Shown: positions 1 to 10,832 of the stretch, piece after piece
How positions within the stretch are numbered: position 1 is the stretch's first letter
Layout of the letters: the number at the start of each line of letters is the position of its first letter
Assembly: GCA_000175855.1 (NCBI GenBank)
Contig: ACYB01000035.1
Location: forward strand, 270,001 to 302,000
Source of the DNA: Raphidiopsis brookii D9
Lineage (GTDB): Bacteria > Cyanobacteriota > Cyanobacteriia > Cyanobacteriales > Nostocaceae
Length of the DNA: 32,000 bases
Direction: 5' to 3'
Notes under the pieces: model-generated
What the model saw: the letters and a program-made list of their open reading frames with translations, nothing else
The model's database searches: none
What the model was told of the DNA's origin: nothing
Program-made: the position numbers and the translations under genes

Positions 1-349
1 ACATCAAAGAGCGAAGAATGGGTATATTCAGTATGTAGAAGACTGAAAACAGAACCCGTGCTGTCAAGTAGGCGATCGCCACGTACAGTGCCAATTGAGA
101 ATCCACTCCTGTTACATAAGCCATAAGAGCTGCAGTACCGTAAATCATGAAAGACTCAAAACAATTCTGATGGGCCCAGGTGGCTCTGCGTGCGTATGGT
201 GGTAACTTATCAAACATAGAGCGGGGAGCGGACATGTCATAACCCACTTTTACCCTGGCATAGGCTACTAGTAGATACGGAAGATAAATTGTAACTGCAG
301 CTAATGGGATGGAATACAGTAAGGTGGAAGGAACTGGAAGATTTAGCAT
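1..349 (-). CDS. MAPEG-like small membrane protein, 3' end beyond window start (partial)
   Basis: Not in the supplied ORF track. Reverse complement from ATG at 349-347 reads MLNLPVPSTLLYSIPLAAVTIYLPYLLVAYARVKVGYDMSAPRSMFDKLPPYARRATWAHQNCFESFMIYGTAALMAYVTGVDSQLALYVAIAYLTARVLFSVFYILNIPILRSLM, open to base 1; hydrophobic helices and the 'APR.MFDKLPPYARRATWAHQN.FE' pattern resemble MAPEG family. Confidence 0.75.
   Translation of the reverse strand, partial: MLNLPVPSTLLYSIPLAAVTIYLPYLLVAYARVKVGYDMSAPRSMFDKLPPYARRATWAHQNCFESFMIYGTAALMAYVTGVDSQLALYVAIAYLTARVLFSVFYILNIPILRSLM
72..79. repeat. HIP1 octamer GCGATCGC (one of about 12 in the window)
   Basis: Read at about 72, 424, 7644, 11517, 12572, 13121, 21135, 21985, 22629, 25164, 26927 and 30456. 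Confidence 0.85.
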
Positions 350-437
350 TTAATTAAGATAAGATAAAGTACTGAATTACACAGTGGTATCGGAGATGTC
401 TATTAATTCTCCATTTTAAACCGTGCGATCGCCCTCC

Positions 438-1133
438 TTAAATATTGCCATAAACGGGAATAGTCGCACCTCGGATATCACCAGCAGCTTCCGAAGCCAA
501 AAAACAAATTATCTGGCCAATGGATTCGGGTTTCACCCATTCGCCAGCTTTTTCCACACCCATTGCCTCTCTATTCGTGGGTGTATCAATAACACTAGGT
601 AAAACCGTATTGGCAGTGATATTAGTGCCCCTAGTTTCATCAGCTATAGCCTTAGTTAGAGCTATCACAGCGGCTTTAGAGGCAGAATAAGCTGCTAAGT
701 TGGCAACAGGGTCTAAACCAGCACGAGAACTAACGGTAACAATACGCCCATAACCATTCTCTAGCATTCTTTTTAAACTATACTTACAGGTTAAGAAAGT
801 TGTGTAAACATTTAATTCAAATTGATGTTTCCAGTCATCAAAACTGCACTCATGGGTTTTACCATAATAAAAACCACCGACTAAATTAATTAAGACATCA
901 ACTCTAGTCATGCTATTAACTAGTTCTTCCACCGACAAATCGCTTTCAAGATTTACGGGAACAAATTTAATCCTGGCGATATCCGCAGGAGCTAAAACTG
1001 CTTTCAATCTTTCAACATGGCTAAGATTGCGATAGGGTATAGTGAGGTATGCGCCTTGGGCTAAAACTGTGGGTGTAACGCCTAAACCTAGTCCACTCGT
1101 TCCACCCGTTAGTAAAACTTGTTTTCCTTTCAT
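438..1133 (-). CDS. SDR family NAD(P)-dependent oxidoreductase
   Basis: N-terminal TGGTSGLG nucleotide-binding motif, YSASK catalytic motif, 231 aa. Confidence 0.9.
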   Translation of the reverse strand: MKGKQVLLTGGTSGLGLGVTPTVLAQGAYLTIPYRNLSHVERLKAVLAPADIARIKFVPVNLESDLSVEELVNSMTRVDVLINLVGGFYYGKTHECSFDDWKHQFELNVYTTFLTCKYSLKRMLENGYGRIVTVSSRAGLDPVANLAAYSASKAAVIALTKAIADETRGTNITANTVLPSVIDTPTNREAMGVEKAGEWVKPESIGQIICFLASEAAGDIRGATIPVYGNI

Positions 1134-1536
1134 GGAAAATTTCTCCAGATACTTTTTTGCTAACTAAAGTTAACAAATACATAATTTAAGGGTAAACCTT
1201 AACCAAGGACTATCAGCCATTGCACGAAGATAAATTCCTCCTCGTTTTACTCTAGCACTAGTTGCCAAAAATTAGCAAGTGGAAGTCTACTGAGGGATAA
1301 CCGCTCCCATGCTCCCGTTGAAGTAGAAAGTAAAGTCTAGTTTTGTCTAGGTTTTATATAGCAGTAAGAAAACCACAGGAATTAGTTTGGGATTAATTAT
1401 TAGGATCCTCGCTTATTGAGCTAATATCCGTCCCATCCTTTTATAATGAAAATTTGCACTTCATGTAAGTTGTAAGCGACAACTAACAAGAAAGTGAATG
1501 GAGGAAAAAACAGAGATATTATAAGGTAAAAATTCC

Positions 1537-2857
1537 ATGTCAATATTTAACACAGCCATACTTTATGACATTGAAAATCTCACTAAGGGCTATAGCTTTT
1601 CTAAAGACTTTATCAAAGAATTATCATTAAAACAGATATATCGCCAAATTCTGGAGGTAGACATTGTTAATAAAATTTGTTTACAGAGAGCTTATGCGAA
1701 TTGGAGTGACCATAGATTAAGTTTGCTCAGGGGAGAAATTAACGAATTAGGTATAGACCCAATTCAAATTTTTGGATTCGCACGTTATCACAAAAAAAAT
1801 GCTGCTGATATTCAACTAGTAGTTGATACCATGGATATAACTATTCGTTTTCCCCATATTGAAGTGTACGTAATTGTATCCGGGGATGGAGGTTTTGCTT
1901 CTCTAGCAAAAAAATTAACATGAGTATGGTAAACAAGTTATTGGGTGTGCCTACGAGAATGCAGCTAATGATATTTTTAAATCGGTATGTGATTACTTTA
2001 TAAAACTAGAACTTCCCGAAGAATATTCTCCAGAAGATATCAACACAGATCCTAAAAATACAACCTTTGGTAATAATAAAGGGTTAGGCATTGGCATAAC
2101 TCATCCTTTGGTGGTTAGGATGGCAAACAATATTCAGCCCATTTATCAAGCAGATAAGAAAACTATTTTTTCTCATGGTCAAAAAATTATTAGTTGGTTT
2201 GGCCAAGATCCAGAATCCAGAAAACAAATGTATGGTCACGGAATTCCTCTTTCTACTGTCAGGGAAGCCTTCAAATATGCCATACCAGAATTCAAACCAG
2301 AAATGGTAGGCTTCATGAGATTTGCAGAATTCCTGCAATTTATTTGTGCAAATACAGAATTCTGTGTGGGAACTCTTCCACCATCAAACACACTACTAGT
2401 TTTTAGAAACTCTATTCCTAATGGGGTGGTTATACTCCTAGATATATTAAATCAGGATTTACACACACCAGAACGCTATCAGAGCTTACTAGCTAGTGGT
2501 AAACCTAGAATCACCATTGAGGACAAATACAGTTTAGAAACATTTGTTGATACTTTGATGTCAAAACGTGATATACTAATGAATATCTCTGAAATATTGG
2601 ATATTTTTAGTCAGGAGCTTCCTGATTTTGAAAGTAATAAGCTGAATAATCTCTGTTTATCTTTAATTCACTGTAATATTTTGAAAGGATACCCAGAAGA
2701 CGAGAACATATCAGAGCAAAAATTTCACATTAGCCAGGATTTTAAAGACACAGCACAAATTTTGGAACATGTAAAACAAACAAGTCTAAATAAACTAATT
2801 TCCATCCTGGTTGATGACTTCAAAAGTGATGTTTTTAAAGAGGTTATTCCGTTTTAA
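1537..2857 (+). pseudogene. NYN (LabA-like/DUF88) domain protein with C-terminal OST-HTH/LOTUS-like region, split by a 1-nt frameshift near 1917-1921
   Basis: ORF 1537-1923 has NYN acidic motifs (ILYDIENL, KNAADIQLVVDTMD, VSGDGGFASLAKKL). In frame 2 the sequence continues HEYGKQVIGCAYENAANDIFKSVCDYF... without stops into ORF 2108-2857, which contains GIPLSTVREAFKYAIPEFKPEMVGFMRFAEFLQFI. Confidence 0.75.
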
Positions 2858-3199
2858 CGCACATTTTCCTAACCATCCCCACTTTGCGATGGCTGATAGT
2901 GATGGGCAGAATTGTAAACAAACTGCTTAGAAGCTCTTGCCTATTCAGTGAGTAAGTCCCACTTTGGTTGTTTAGTTCCATCCTCCGTTTGTACTTCCTC
3001 TGTCATTCCTTGCAAAAAAGCTTGTAAAAACTTTTTTCTTCCTGAATTATTCAAATTAGAGAAATCCAACATAATCCAATGGAAACCTCTTGAAGTTTGA
3101 CCATTTGTCGTTTGACTAATGGAAAACAGTCCCAATAAAATAAACGAGGGAATTTCACTGAAGTCCCAAATTAAAAATTTGCCGAGAGGAGAAACACAG

Positions 3200-3538
3200 A
3201 TGAAGAGAATTATTTCCGTATTGCTACTGGGTATTGCAATTTTCACACTTACCTTCACCAATTCAGCTTTAGCAGTAGATGCAACAATTGGGGCAAGTGT
3301 ATTTAAAGCTAATTGTGCCCAATGTCACATTGGTGGTAAGAATTTGGTTAATGCAGCTAAGACTCTCAAGAAAGAGGCTTTAGAAAAGTATGGTATGTAC
3401 TCCCAAGAAGCCATTGTTACACAAGTTACAAAGGGTAAAGGTGCTATGCCCGCATTCGGTAAGAGACTGAAACAGAATCAAATTGAGAATGTGGCAGCTT
3501 ATGTACTAGAACAAGCGGGTAAAGGCTGGAAGAATTAG
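3200..3538 (+). CDS. petJ: cytochrome c6 precursor
   Basis: Start at ATG 3200 after gaggaga; signal peptide [27 protein letters not shown], heme motif CAQCH, C-terminal [10 protein letters not shown]. Confidence 0.95.
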   Translation: MKRIISVLLLGIAIFTLTFTNSALAVDATIGASVFKANCAQCHIGGKNLVNAAKTLKKEALEKYGMYSQEAIVTQVTKGKGAMPAFGKRLKQNQIENVAAYVLEQAGKGWKN

Positions 3539-3685
3539 GTTTATTGCTAGTAAACTAAATTACCATTAACGGTATTCTTCGCTCAAACATCTCCTATTGG
3601 CAATTGTGTCAGTCTAGGAGAGCTCATTTATAAACTATTCAACAAATCTCTGTCTCTTCAGAGCTAGGAAGCTTAATATCTAAGT

Positions 3686-4759
3686 ATGGCATCTTCAAGG
3701 ATAGTTTTCAAACAGCGAGAAAAAGAAGCCAAGTCACTAAAATCTTTTTTGATGTACAGTGTCATGGCCTCTTTCGTAATACATATTGGTTTGATAGGAT
3801 TGGTTTTTGGGGAATTATTACGGAAATTTAAACAAGAGAATCCACAGGTAGTTGAACTGGAAATTATTGAGGAACCTATAAAGCAAACAGTGACCAAACC
3901 ACCAGAAATGAAAATCTCGGTAACCCGGGGCAAATCGGGTAGTCTAGGTAGTGGAAAGATAACTAGTAATAAAAACTTTAAGGTTCCCATACTCAGGGCC
4001 ACTTTCCCTAGAATGGATAATGCTATTCCTGAACCCAAGGATTTAAATAAGGGGGATTCTGTTGTCAAATATCCACTGAGTTTAACTACTCCTCCGGTCA
4101 CAACAAGAAGATTAGGGTCAAAAATTGTTCACATTACTAAGGTAAAAGATCAGATAAGTCAAAGACCAAATCCTCAAATAATAACACCAAAAGTTATACA
4201 AACAGAAGCTACACAACCTGTACTAACGAATACCGGTGACAATAAGTTGCAGACTCCACAATCAACAACCATCACTGATGGAAACACCCAAAATACAACC
4301 ATCGGTGCAACTGATGGAAATAATAATATTCCCCCAGGTGATGAAGTTGGAAATGGTAATGCAGTTGAAAATGGTGATGGAGTTGGAAATGGTAATGCAG
4401 TTGGAAATGGTAATGCAGTTGGAAATGGTGATGGAGTTGGAAATGGTGATGGGGTGGAGAATACAAAAAAGCCAGAGGAGACACCAACCCCTAAAGCGAG
4501 TCCAAACAGCGGTGCCAATCTAAATCCTCGTGTAGATTGTATCCAATGCCCACCCCCCAAATACCCGGAGGGAGCTAAAAGACGGGGTAGAAGTGGCACG
4601 AAAACTACGGTTCATTTAATTCTAGACGCAGATAGTAATGGTAATATTACTTCTGTAAGTGTGGGTCGTTCCAGTGGTGATAATGAGCTGGATAAAGCTG
4701 CTAGGGAGGGGGTGCAAGAATGGAGGTTAAAACCTTTGGAGGGGGTAGAAGAGGGGTAA
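3686..4759 (+). CDS. energy transducer TonB family protein; C-terminus appears frameshifted (restored end about 4788)
   Basis: N-terminal TM segment, proline/lysine-rich linker, Gly/Asn VNTR, C-terminal TonB-like YPEGAKRRGRSGTKTTVHLILDADSNGNITSVSVGRSSGDNELDKAAREGVQEWRLKP. Confidence 0.8.
   Translation: MASSRIVFKQREKEAKSLKSFLMYSVMASFVIHIGLIGLVFGELLRKFKQENPQVVELEIIEEPIKQTVTKPPEMKISVTRGKSGSLGSGKITSNKNFKVPILRATFPRMDNAIPEPKDLNKGDSVVKYPLSLTTPPVTTRRLGSKIVHITKVKDQISQRPNPQIITPKVIQTEATQPVLTNTGDNKLQTPQSTTITDGNTQNTTIGATDGNNNIPPGDEVGNGNAVENGDGVGNGNAVGNGNAVGNGDGVGNGDGVENTKKPEETPTPKASPNSGANLNPRVDCIQCPPPKYPEGAKRRGRSGTKTTVHLILDADSNGNITSVSVGRSSGDNELDKAAREGVQEWRLKPLEGVEEG
4346..4453 (+). repeat. 18-bp tandem repeat, 6 in-frame units encoding V(G/E)NG(N/D)(A/G)
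   Basis: Units of type gttggaaatggtaatgca / gttggaaatggtgatgga at 4346, 4364, 4382, 4400, 4418 and 4436. Confidence 0.9.
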
Positions 4760-4867
4760 CAACAAAAGTTAACTTTACCCTGCGTTAACTGCAAGTCCTA
4801 ATTAGTACCAAAGATAAACCACAAATGTGTTAATCTATCACCTTGAGAGATTCTTGAGGAAAAGAAA

Positions 4868-5941
4868 ATGTCAAAACTGAGGGTGGGGTTATTATTTGGT
4901 GGACGTTCTGGAGAACATGAAGTTTCAATAGTTTCTGCGGGAGCAATTGCCAAGGCCTTGACTACGGGAGAGAATAGTCAAAAATATGAATTGTATCCAT
5001 TTTATATCCAAAAGGATGGGGTATGGCAAGGGGAAGAAATAGCCAGAAAAGTCTTAGAATCGGGTTCAGCTCAAGAAAATAACCTTACCGGAGTCAATTT
5101 ATGGCAATTTCCTCAGCAATCTCCCCAAATTGATTTGTGGTTTCCCATACTTCATGGACCCAATGGAGAGGATGGAACTATTCAGGGATTACTCACCTTG
5201 ATGCAAGTACCTTTTGTGGGGTCTGGAGTTTTGGGATCAGCTATGGGAATGGATAAAATTGCCATGAAAACAGCCTTTGCCCAAGCGGGGCTACCCCAAG
5301 TCCAATACCAAACTGTTACTAGGAGCCAAATTTGGTCAAATCCCTGTGTGTTTCCTAAACTGTGCGACCAAATTGAAACCACCTTGGGTTATCCTTGCTT
5401 TGTCAAACCAGCTAATCTAGGTTCATCCGTAGGTATTGCTAAAGTACGCTCCCGTCAACAACTAGAAACTGCCCTAGACAGTGCTGCTACCTATGATAGA
5501 CGAATTATAGTTGAAGCTGGAGTGGTTGCTAGAGAAGTAGAATGCGCAGTTTTGGGTAATGACCATGCCCAAGCTTCTGTGGTTGGTGAAATCACTTTTA
5601 ATAGTGACTTTTACGATTATGAAACTAAATACACCCAGGGAAAAGCGAACCTGTTAATACCCGCACCCCTACCACAAACAATAGTTGAACAAATTCAAGA
5701 AATGTCCCTAAAAGCCTTTGCAGCAGTTGATGCTGCTGGTTTGGCCAGGGTAGATTTCTTTTATGTGGAGTCTACCGGAGAAATACTAATCAACGAAATT
5801 AACACCTTACCAGGATTTACATCCACAAGTATGTATCCCCAACTTTGGGCAAATACCGGAATTAGCTTTCCCCAACTAGTTGACCAATTGATTCAACTAG
5901 CAATTGAACGCCAACCAACCTCAGACCGATTGACAAATTGA
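4868..5941 (+). CDS. ddl: D-alanine--D-alanine ligase
   Basis: [52 protein letters not shown] motifs; 357 aa. Confidence 0.95.
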   Translation: MSKLRVGLLFGGRSGEHEVSIVSAGAIAKALTTGENSQKYELYPFYIQKDGVWQGEEIARKVLESGSAQENNLTGVNLWQFPQQSPQIDLWFPILHGPNGEDGTIQGLLTLMQVPFVGSGVLGSAMGMDKIAMKTAFAQAGLPQVQYQTVTRSQIWSNPCVFPKLCDQIETTLGYPCFVKPANLGSSVGIAKVRSRQQLETALDSAATYDRRIIVEAGVVAREVECAVLGNDHAQASVVGEITFNSDFYDYETKYTQGKANLLIPAPLPQTIVEQIQEMSLKAFAAVDAAGLARVDFFYVESTGEILINEINTLPGFTSTSMYPQLWANTGISFPQLVDQLIQLAIERQPTSDRLTN

Positions 5942-6059
5942 TGAATTGAGGATAAAATGGGAGATTGACCATGATTATAAATCAATAGTGCAATCGCCGA
6001 CGTTATTATAGACGGGGGCGCGATAGAATTTGAAAGGAATAAATTTTGATAAAGGTCTA

Positions 6060-7043
6060 ATGGCAGAAACACTATTTTTCAACGCTCTGCGGGAAGCAAT
6101 TGACGAAGAAATGTCCCGCGATCCTAGCGTGTTTGTACTAGGCGAGGACGTGGGACACTACGGCGGTTCCTATAAAGTTACCAAAGACCTGTGTAAAAAG
6201 TATGGTGATCTGCGAGTCTTGGATACCCCCATCGCTGAAAATAGCTTTACCGGATTAGCTGTAGGTGCAGCCATGACGGGATTAAGACCTATAATCGAAG
6301 GTATGAACATGGGCTTTTTGCTCCTAGCATTCAACCAAATTTCCAACAATGCGGGAATGTTACGGTACACATCCGGTGGTAACTTTAAAATCCCCATGGT
6401 TATTCGTGGTCCGGGTGGAGTGGGTAGACAATTAGGAGCAGAACACTCCCAAAGACTGGAAGCCTACTTCCAAGCAGTTCCAGGCTTAAAAATTGTTGCT
6501 TGCTCCACACCCTATAACGCTAAGGGTCTATTAAAAGCGGCAATCCGGGATGATAACCCGGTGCTATTTTTTGAACACGTTTTGCTTTACAACTTAAAAG
6601 AAGATCTGCCCAGGGAAGAATACATCCTCCCCCTAGATAAAGCGGAGATAGTTCGTAAAGGAAAAGATGTAACTATTCTCACATATTCACGGATGCGTTA
6701 TCATGTAATGCAAGCGGTGAAAACTTTGGAAAAACAAGGATATGACCCAGAAGTTATTGATTTAATTTCTTTGAAGCCTCTTGACTTTGATACCATTGGT
6801 GCATCAATTCGCAAAACTCACCGAGTGATAGTAGTGGAAGAGTGTATGAGAACGGGAGGAATTGGAGCAGAACTAACCGCATCTATCAATGACAGATTGT
6901 TTGACGAACTGGATGCACCTGTATTGCGTCTCTCCTCCCAAGATATTCCCACACCTTACAACGGTAACCTAGAAAGGTTAACCATTGTTCAACCAGAACA
7001 GGTGGTGGAAGCAGTGGAAAAAATAGTCGCTTTGCAGGTTTAA
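6060..7043 (+). CDS. pdhB: pyruvate dehydrogenase E1 component subunit beta
   Basis: [44 protein letters not shown]..., GEDVG and C-terminal transketolase domain. ATG at 6060 preferred over the upstream TTG at 6030. Confidence 0.93.
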   Translation: MAETLFFNALREAIDEEMSRDPSVFVLGEDVGHYGGSYKVTKDLCKKYGDLRVLDTPIAENSFTGLAVGAAMTGLRPIIEGMNMGFLLLAFNQISNNAGMLRYTSGGNFKIPMVIRGPGGVGRQLGAEHSQRLEAYFQAVPGLKIVACSTPYNAKGLLKAAIRDDNPVLFFEHVLLYNLKEDLPREEYILPLDKAEIVRKGKDVTILTYSRMRYHVMQAVKTLEKQGYDPEVIDLISLKPLDFDTIGASIRKTHRVIVVEECMRTGGIGAELTASINDRLFDELDAPVLRLSSQDIPTPYNGNLERLTIVQPEQVVEAVEKIVALQV

Positions 7044-7072
7044 TATCTTAATTTTCAGGTTATAAACCGCTG

Positions 7073-7109
7073 AGATTGAGTGTCAGCAAATGCCAAAGAT
7101 ACTCAATCT
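7073..7109 (+). terminator. candidate hairpin downstream of pdhB (agattgagt ... actcaatct) followed by a T-rich tract
   Basis: 9-bp perfect arms at 7073-7081 and 7101-7109, 19-nt loop, then tcctatctttttt. Confidence 0.4.
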
Positions 7110-7163
7110 TTCCTATCTTTTTTATGAGTGTAATTTATGAGTGTAAACTAATTTTAGATTCCT

Positions 7164-8570
7164 ATGCAAAAATACAGATCCGTATTAGCCTTAATCATAA
7201 TTTTACTTGTTGCAGCAATAGCAGTAATTGTTAAAATTCCAGTCCCCTTGGGATTAGACTTGCAAGGGGGTTCTCAGTTAACAATTCAGGTGAAACCAAC
7301 AGAGGAAATCAAAGAAATTACAGAGAGGGAGCTGGAAGCAGTTAAAAAGGTTGTAGAAGGGAGAATTAATGGTTTAGGAGTTTCTGAACCGATCATCCAA
7401 ACCGTGGGCAAAGATAAGATTCTCGTCCAGTTACCTGGGGTAAATGACCCACAACAAGCAGAAAAGGTACTCGGTGGTACGGCACAATTAGAGTTTCGTC
7501 TACAAAAGCCAGATACGGAAACTTTGTTACAGAGTTTAAGAGTATCTCAACTGGATATAAAAAGTAAACAAGAAACTTTAAGAAAGAGCAAAGATGAAAA
7601 TGCCATTGCTGCAAATCAAGCGGAATTAAAGAAAAACTATCAGGCGATCGCCGAATTGTTTGCCAGCACGGATCCACCCCTAACAGGTAAATACCTGAAA
7701 GATGCTTATGGAGAGCCTACCCAAGGAAACAATTGGAACGTGGCCCTGCGTTTTGACAATGAAGGCGGGGTCTTATTTGCCGAGTTGACCAAACAATTGG
7801 CAGGGACTGGACGAGGAATTGGTATTTTTTTAGACAATGAGTTAATTAGTTCTCCTACTGTAGGAGTAGAGTTTGCAGCCACTGGTATCACTGGTGGGTC
7901 AGCAATTATTACGGGAAGATTCCAAGCGGAGGAAGCAAATAATCTAGGTGTGCAATTAAGAGGAGGGGCTTTACCCGTACCGGTAGAAATTGCCGAAAGA
8001 AGGACAGTAGGTGCTACCCTAGGTCAAGATAGTATTCAAAGTAGCATCTATGCTGGTATTGGGGGTTTAGCGCTAGTTTTAGTCTTTATGGTTTCATACT
8101 ACAGACTACCAGGATTAATTGCTGATATTTCCCTGATTATCTACTCCATTTTGACCTGGGCCACATTCTGTTTATTAGGAGTTACCCTTACCCTACCCGG
8201 TATAGCAGGTTTTATCCTAAGTATTGGGATGGCAGTAGATGCTAATGTACTAATTTTTGAGCGTACACGAGAGGAGTTAAGATCCGGTAAAACTCTTTAT
8301 AGATCTGTCGAATCTGGTTTTTACCGGGCATTTTCCAGCATTTTAGATAGCAATGTTACCACCTGGATTGCGTGTGCAGCCTTATTTTGGTTAGGTTCGG
8401 GATTGGTCAAAGGATTTGCTCTCACTTTAGCATTGGGGGTTGGGGTTAGCATGTTTACCGCCATTACCTGTAGTCGCACTCTTATGTTTTTAGCCATATC
8501 TTTTCCATCGTGGCGAAAACCGGCTTTGTATTGTCCCAAATTAGCAGATAGGACGGAGATAATTAAATGA
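7164..8570 (+). CDS. secD: protein translocase subunit SecD
   Basis: [39 protein letters not shown], multi-TM C-terminus with [17 protein letters not shown]. Confidence 0.95.
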   Translation: MQKYRSVLALIIILLVAAIAVIVKIPVPLGLDLQGGSQLTIQVKPTEEIKEITERELEAVKKVVEGRINGLGVSEPIIQTVGKDKILVQLPGVNDPQQAEKVLGGTAQLEFRLQKPDTETLLQSLRVSQLDIKSKQETLRKSKDENAIAANQAELKKNYQAIAELFASTDPPLTGKYLKDAYGEPTQGNNWNVALRFDNEGGVLFAELTKQLAGTGRGIGIFLDNELISSPTVGVEFAATGITGGSAIITGRFQAEEANNLGVQLRGGALPVPVEIAERRTVGATLGQDSIQSSIYAGIGGLALVLVFMVSYYRLPGLIADISLIIYSILTWATFCLLGVTLTLPGIAGFILSIGMAVDANVLIFERTREELRSGKTLYRSVESGFYRAFSSILDSNVTTWIACAALFWLGSGLVKGFALTLALGVGVSMFTAITCSRTLMFLAISFPSWRKPALYCPKLADRTEIIK

Positions 8571-9523
8571 GATTACATGTTAACAAATGGCGAAATATCT
8601 GGTGGCTTTTTTCATCAGTAATTATTATTAGTGGGATCATATCCATGGTGATTTCTTGGCAAATACCCACAATTAAAGCTCCTTTGCGTCCCGGATTAGA
8701 TTTCATTGGTGGTACGCGGTTACAATTGGTCCGGGACTGTCAACAACCAGGTAATTGCAACCAACCTATAGATATCAACGTGGTGCGGGAAGTTGCCAAA
8801 GAGCAAGGTTTAGGGGAAAGTAGCATACAGTTAATTTCTGACAATGGGGAACAAAATGGCATCACCATTAGAACAAAAAACTTAGATACGGAGCAGCGTG
8901 TTAGATTACAAAGTGCCCTCAGCCAAAAAGTTGGTGTTTTCGACCCACAGAAAAACCAAATTGACGATGTAGGTCCAACCTTGGGGAGAGAACTGTTCAG
9001 GTCTGGAATTATTGCTTTAATAGTTTCTTTTATTGGGATTACAATTTACCTAGCGGTGAGATTCCAATGGGACTACGCAGTTTTTGCCATAATTGCCCTG
9101 CTACATGATATTTTGGTTACAGTGGGCATATTTTCCATTTTTGGTTTAGTTTTTGGTATAGAGGTAGATAGTTTATTTATCGTAGCACTGCTGACGATTA
9201 CAGGATTTTCCGTTAACGATACAGTTGTAATTTATGACCGGATCAGAGAAAATATAAAAGTCAATCCTCAGACACCCATTGATAGGATTGTGGATGACGC
9301 AGTGGATCAGACATTAACTAGGTCAATCAATACCACTCTAACTACCATGTTATCATTGGTGGCTATTTTTATATTTGGTGGAGAAACATTGAAATATTTT
9401 TCCCTGGCCTTGATTATTGGTTTTGGAGCGGGTGTATATTCTAGCATTTTTATTGCCAGTACCCTTTTAACCCTGTGGAGAGAAAGAAGCAGCGTTCAAA
9501 CCTACACCGAGATAGAAACTTAG
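8567..9523 (+). CDS. secF: protein translocase subunit SecF
   Basis: [33 protein letters not shown]; ATGA overlap with secD stop. Confidence 0.95.
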   Translation: MRLHVNKWRNIWWLFSSVIIISGIISMVISWQIPTIKAPLRPGLDFIGGTRLQLVRDCQQPGNCNQPIDINVVREVAKEQGLGESSIQLISDNGEQNGITIRTKNLDTEQRVRLQSALSQKVGVFDPQKNQIDDVGPTLGRELFRSGIIALIVSFIGITIYLAVRFQWDYAVFAIIALLHDILVTVGIFSIFGLVFGIEVDSLFIVALLTITGFSVNDTVVIYDRIRENIKVNPQTPIDRIVDDAVDQTLTRSINTTLTTMLSLVAIFIFGGETLKYFSLALIIGFGAGVYSSIFIASTLLTLWRERSSVQTYTEIET

Positions 9524-9638
9524 GTTTACCTGGGGGAATTATGATCCCCCAGAAATATTTCAACAAGTTTTTACCTTTTACAAATTCCCACGCGGAACTA
9601 CTATAGTCTATTCTATATTTCTTGTCAAGTCAACCTGG

Positions 9639-10688
9639 TTAACCTCCTCCCAGTTGAGCATGAGCAGCTAAAATAATTTTTTCCGTTTCCTCCCAGCTAA
9701 TACATTGGTCAGTTACAGAGACACCATACTTTAAACCCTCCCGGTTACCGTTGATTGGCTGATTACCTTCATATAAATTTGATTCTAGCATCATACCCAC
9801 AATAGAGGTATTACCATCAACTATTTGCCTAATTGCACTTTCTAAGACCCGAGGTTGTAATCTGTAATCTTTATTGGTATTACCATGACTACAATCAATA
9901 ACAATTCTTGATGGTAACCCTGCTGATTTCAACTGCTCTTCTACCAATTTCACATTCTGTGGATCATAGTTGGGTTTAGTACCCCCTCGCAAAATTACAT
10001 GACCATGGGAATTGCCTCGGGTTTCAAATACACTGACCTGTCCTTTTTGATTAATGCCTAAAAAATGGTGAGTATTCTGGGCAGATTTGAGAGCATTCAA
10101 GGCCACATTAATATTGCCGTCTGTGCCATTTTTAAAACCTACTGGCATGGAAAGACCACTGGCCATTTCTCGGTGGGTCTGGGATTCTGTTGTTCTTGCT
10201 CCAATCGCTGACCAACTCACTAGTTCGCTAATATATTGCGGAATAATTGGATCTAATGCTTCCGTTGCTGTGGGTAGTCCTAATTCTGCCAGTTTTAATA
10301 GCAAAGTACGGGCAATTAAAATTCCCTTTTCTACCTTGAAGGAATCATCCATGTCTGGGTCGTTAATTAGTCCCTTCCATCCAATAGTAGTTCTGGGCTT
10401 TTCAAAGTAAACCCGCATGATTAATAGCAATTTATCATGGACTTTATGTGCTAAGAGTTTTAATTTTTCTGCATATTCTATAGCAGCTTCTGGATCATGA
10501 ATAGAACAGGGGCCAACTACAATAAATTTCCTACTGTCTTGAAAATCTAAAATATTTTCTAGTTCTTCTCTATACTTTAAAATCGTGTCCTCAGCGGATT
10601 TCGTCAAAGGTAATTTTTCTTTAACCTGATTAGGAGTTGGTAAAACGTGGGAACTCTTAATGTTAGTGTTGACTAATTTGTTGATCAT
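9639..10688 (-). CDS. class I 3-deoxy-7-phosphoheptulonate synthase (DAHP synthase)
   Basis: KFIVVGPCSIHDPEAAIEYA, MRVYFEKPRTTIGWKGLINDP, VIDCSHGNTNKD. Likely start MINKLVN (10688); the ORF track extends to 10763. Confidence 0.93.
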   Translation of the reverse strand: MINKLVNTNIKSSHVLPTPNQVKEKLPLTKSAEDTILKYREELENILDFQDSRKFIVVGPCSIHDPEAAIEYAEKLKLLAHKVHDKLLLIMRVYFEKPRTTIGWKGLINDPDMDDSFKVEKGILIARTLLLKLAELGLPTATEALDPIIPQYISELVSWSAIGARTTESQTHREMASGLSMPVGFKNGTDGNINVALNALKSAQNTHHFLGINQKGQVSVFETRGNSHGHVILRGGTKPNYDPQNVKLVEEQLKSAGLPSRIVIDCSHGNTNKDYRLQPRVLESAIRQIVDGNTSIVGMMLESNLYEGNQPINGNREGLKYGVSVTDQCISWEETEKIILAAHAQLGGG

Positions 10689-10832
10689 GATGCAAACTCT
10701 GGATGGATGCCACATCTTTTTGGTGTAAACCAACACTATACACGTTTTTGCCGAAAATTTCAATCCCTCCCCTAATTGCTCCAGTATTTGGTAAAATTAA
10801 CATAAATTAACGGTGTTGCGAGCAAAATAACT

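Noticed and set aside
1134-1536. Promoter/RNA element upstream of the NYN gene (TATAAT at about 1442)
   Set aside because: A -10-like hexamer is present but no -35 at suitable spacing and no convincing structure; too weak to annotate.
1905-1923. Programmed slippage at the A7 run (gcaaaaaaatta) rescuing the NYN frame
   Set aside because: Entering the required frame at the A-run immediately meets TAA at 1916-1918. Only a change at or after 1917-1918 gives the conserved LHEYGK continuation, so an indel is more likely than slippage.
4346-4453. CRISPR-like array
   Set aside because: Contiguous 18-bp tandem units inside an ORF, no spacers and no cas genes.
3673-4599. Antisense ORFs 3673-4101, 4174-4599 and + ORFs 4236-4523, 4272-4487 in the TonB gene
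   Set aside because: Low-complexity translations (e.g. FPTPSPFPTALPFP, HHHFQLHHH) are by-products of the 18-bp tandem repeat and overlap a well-supported CDS.
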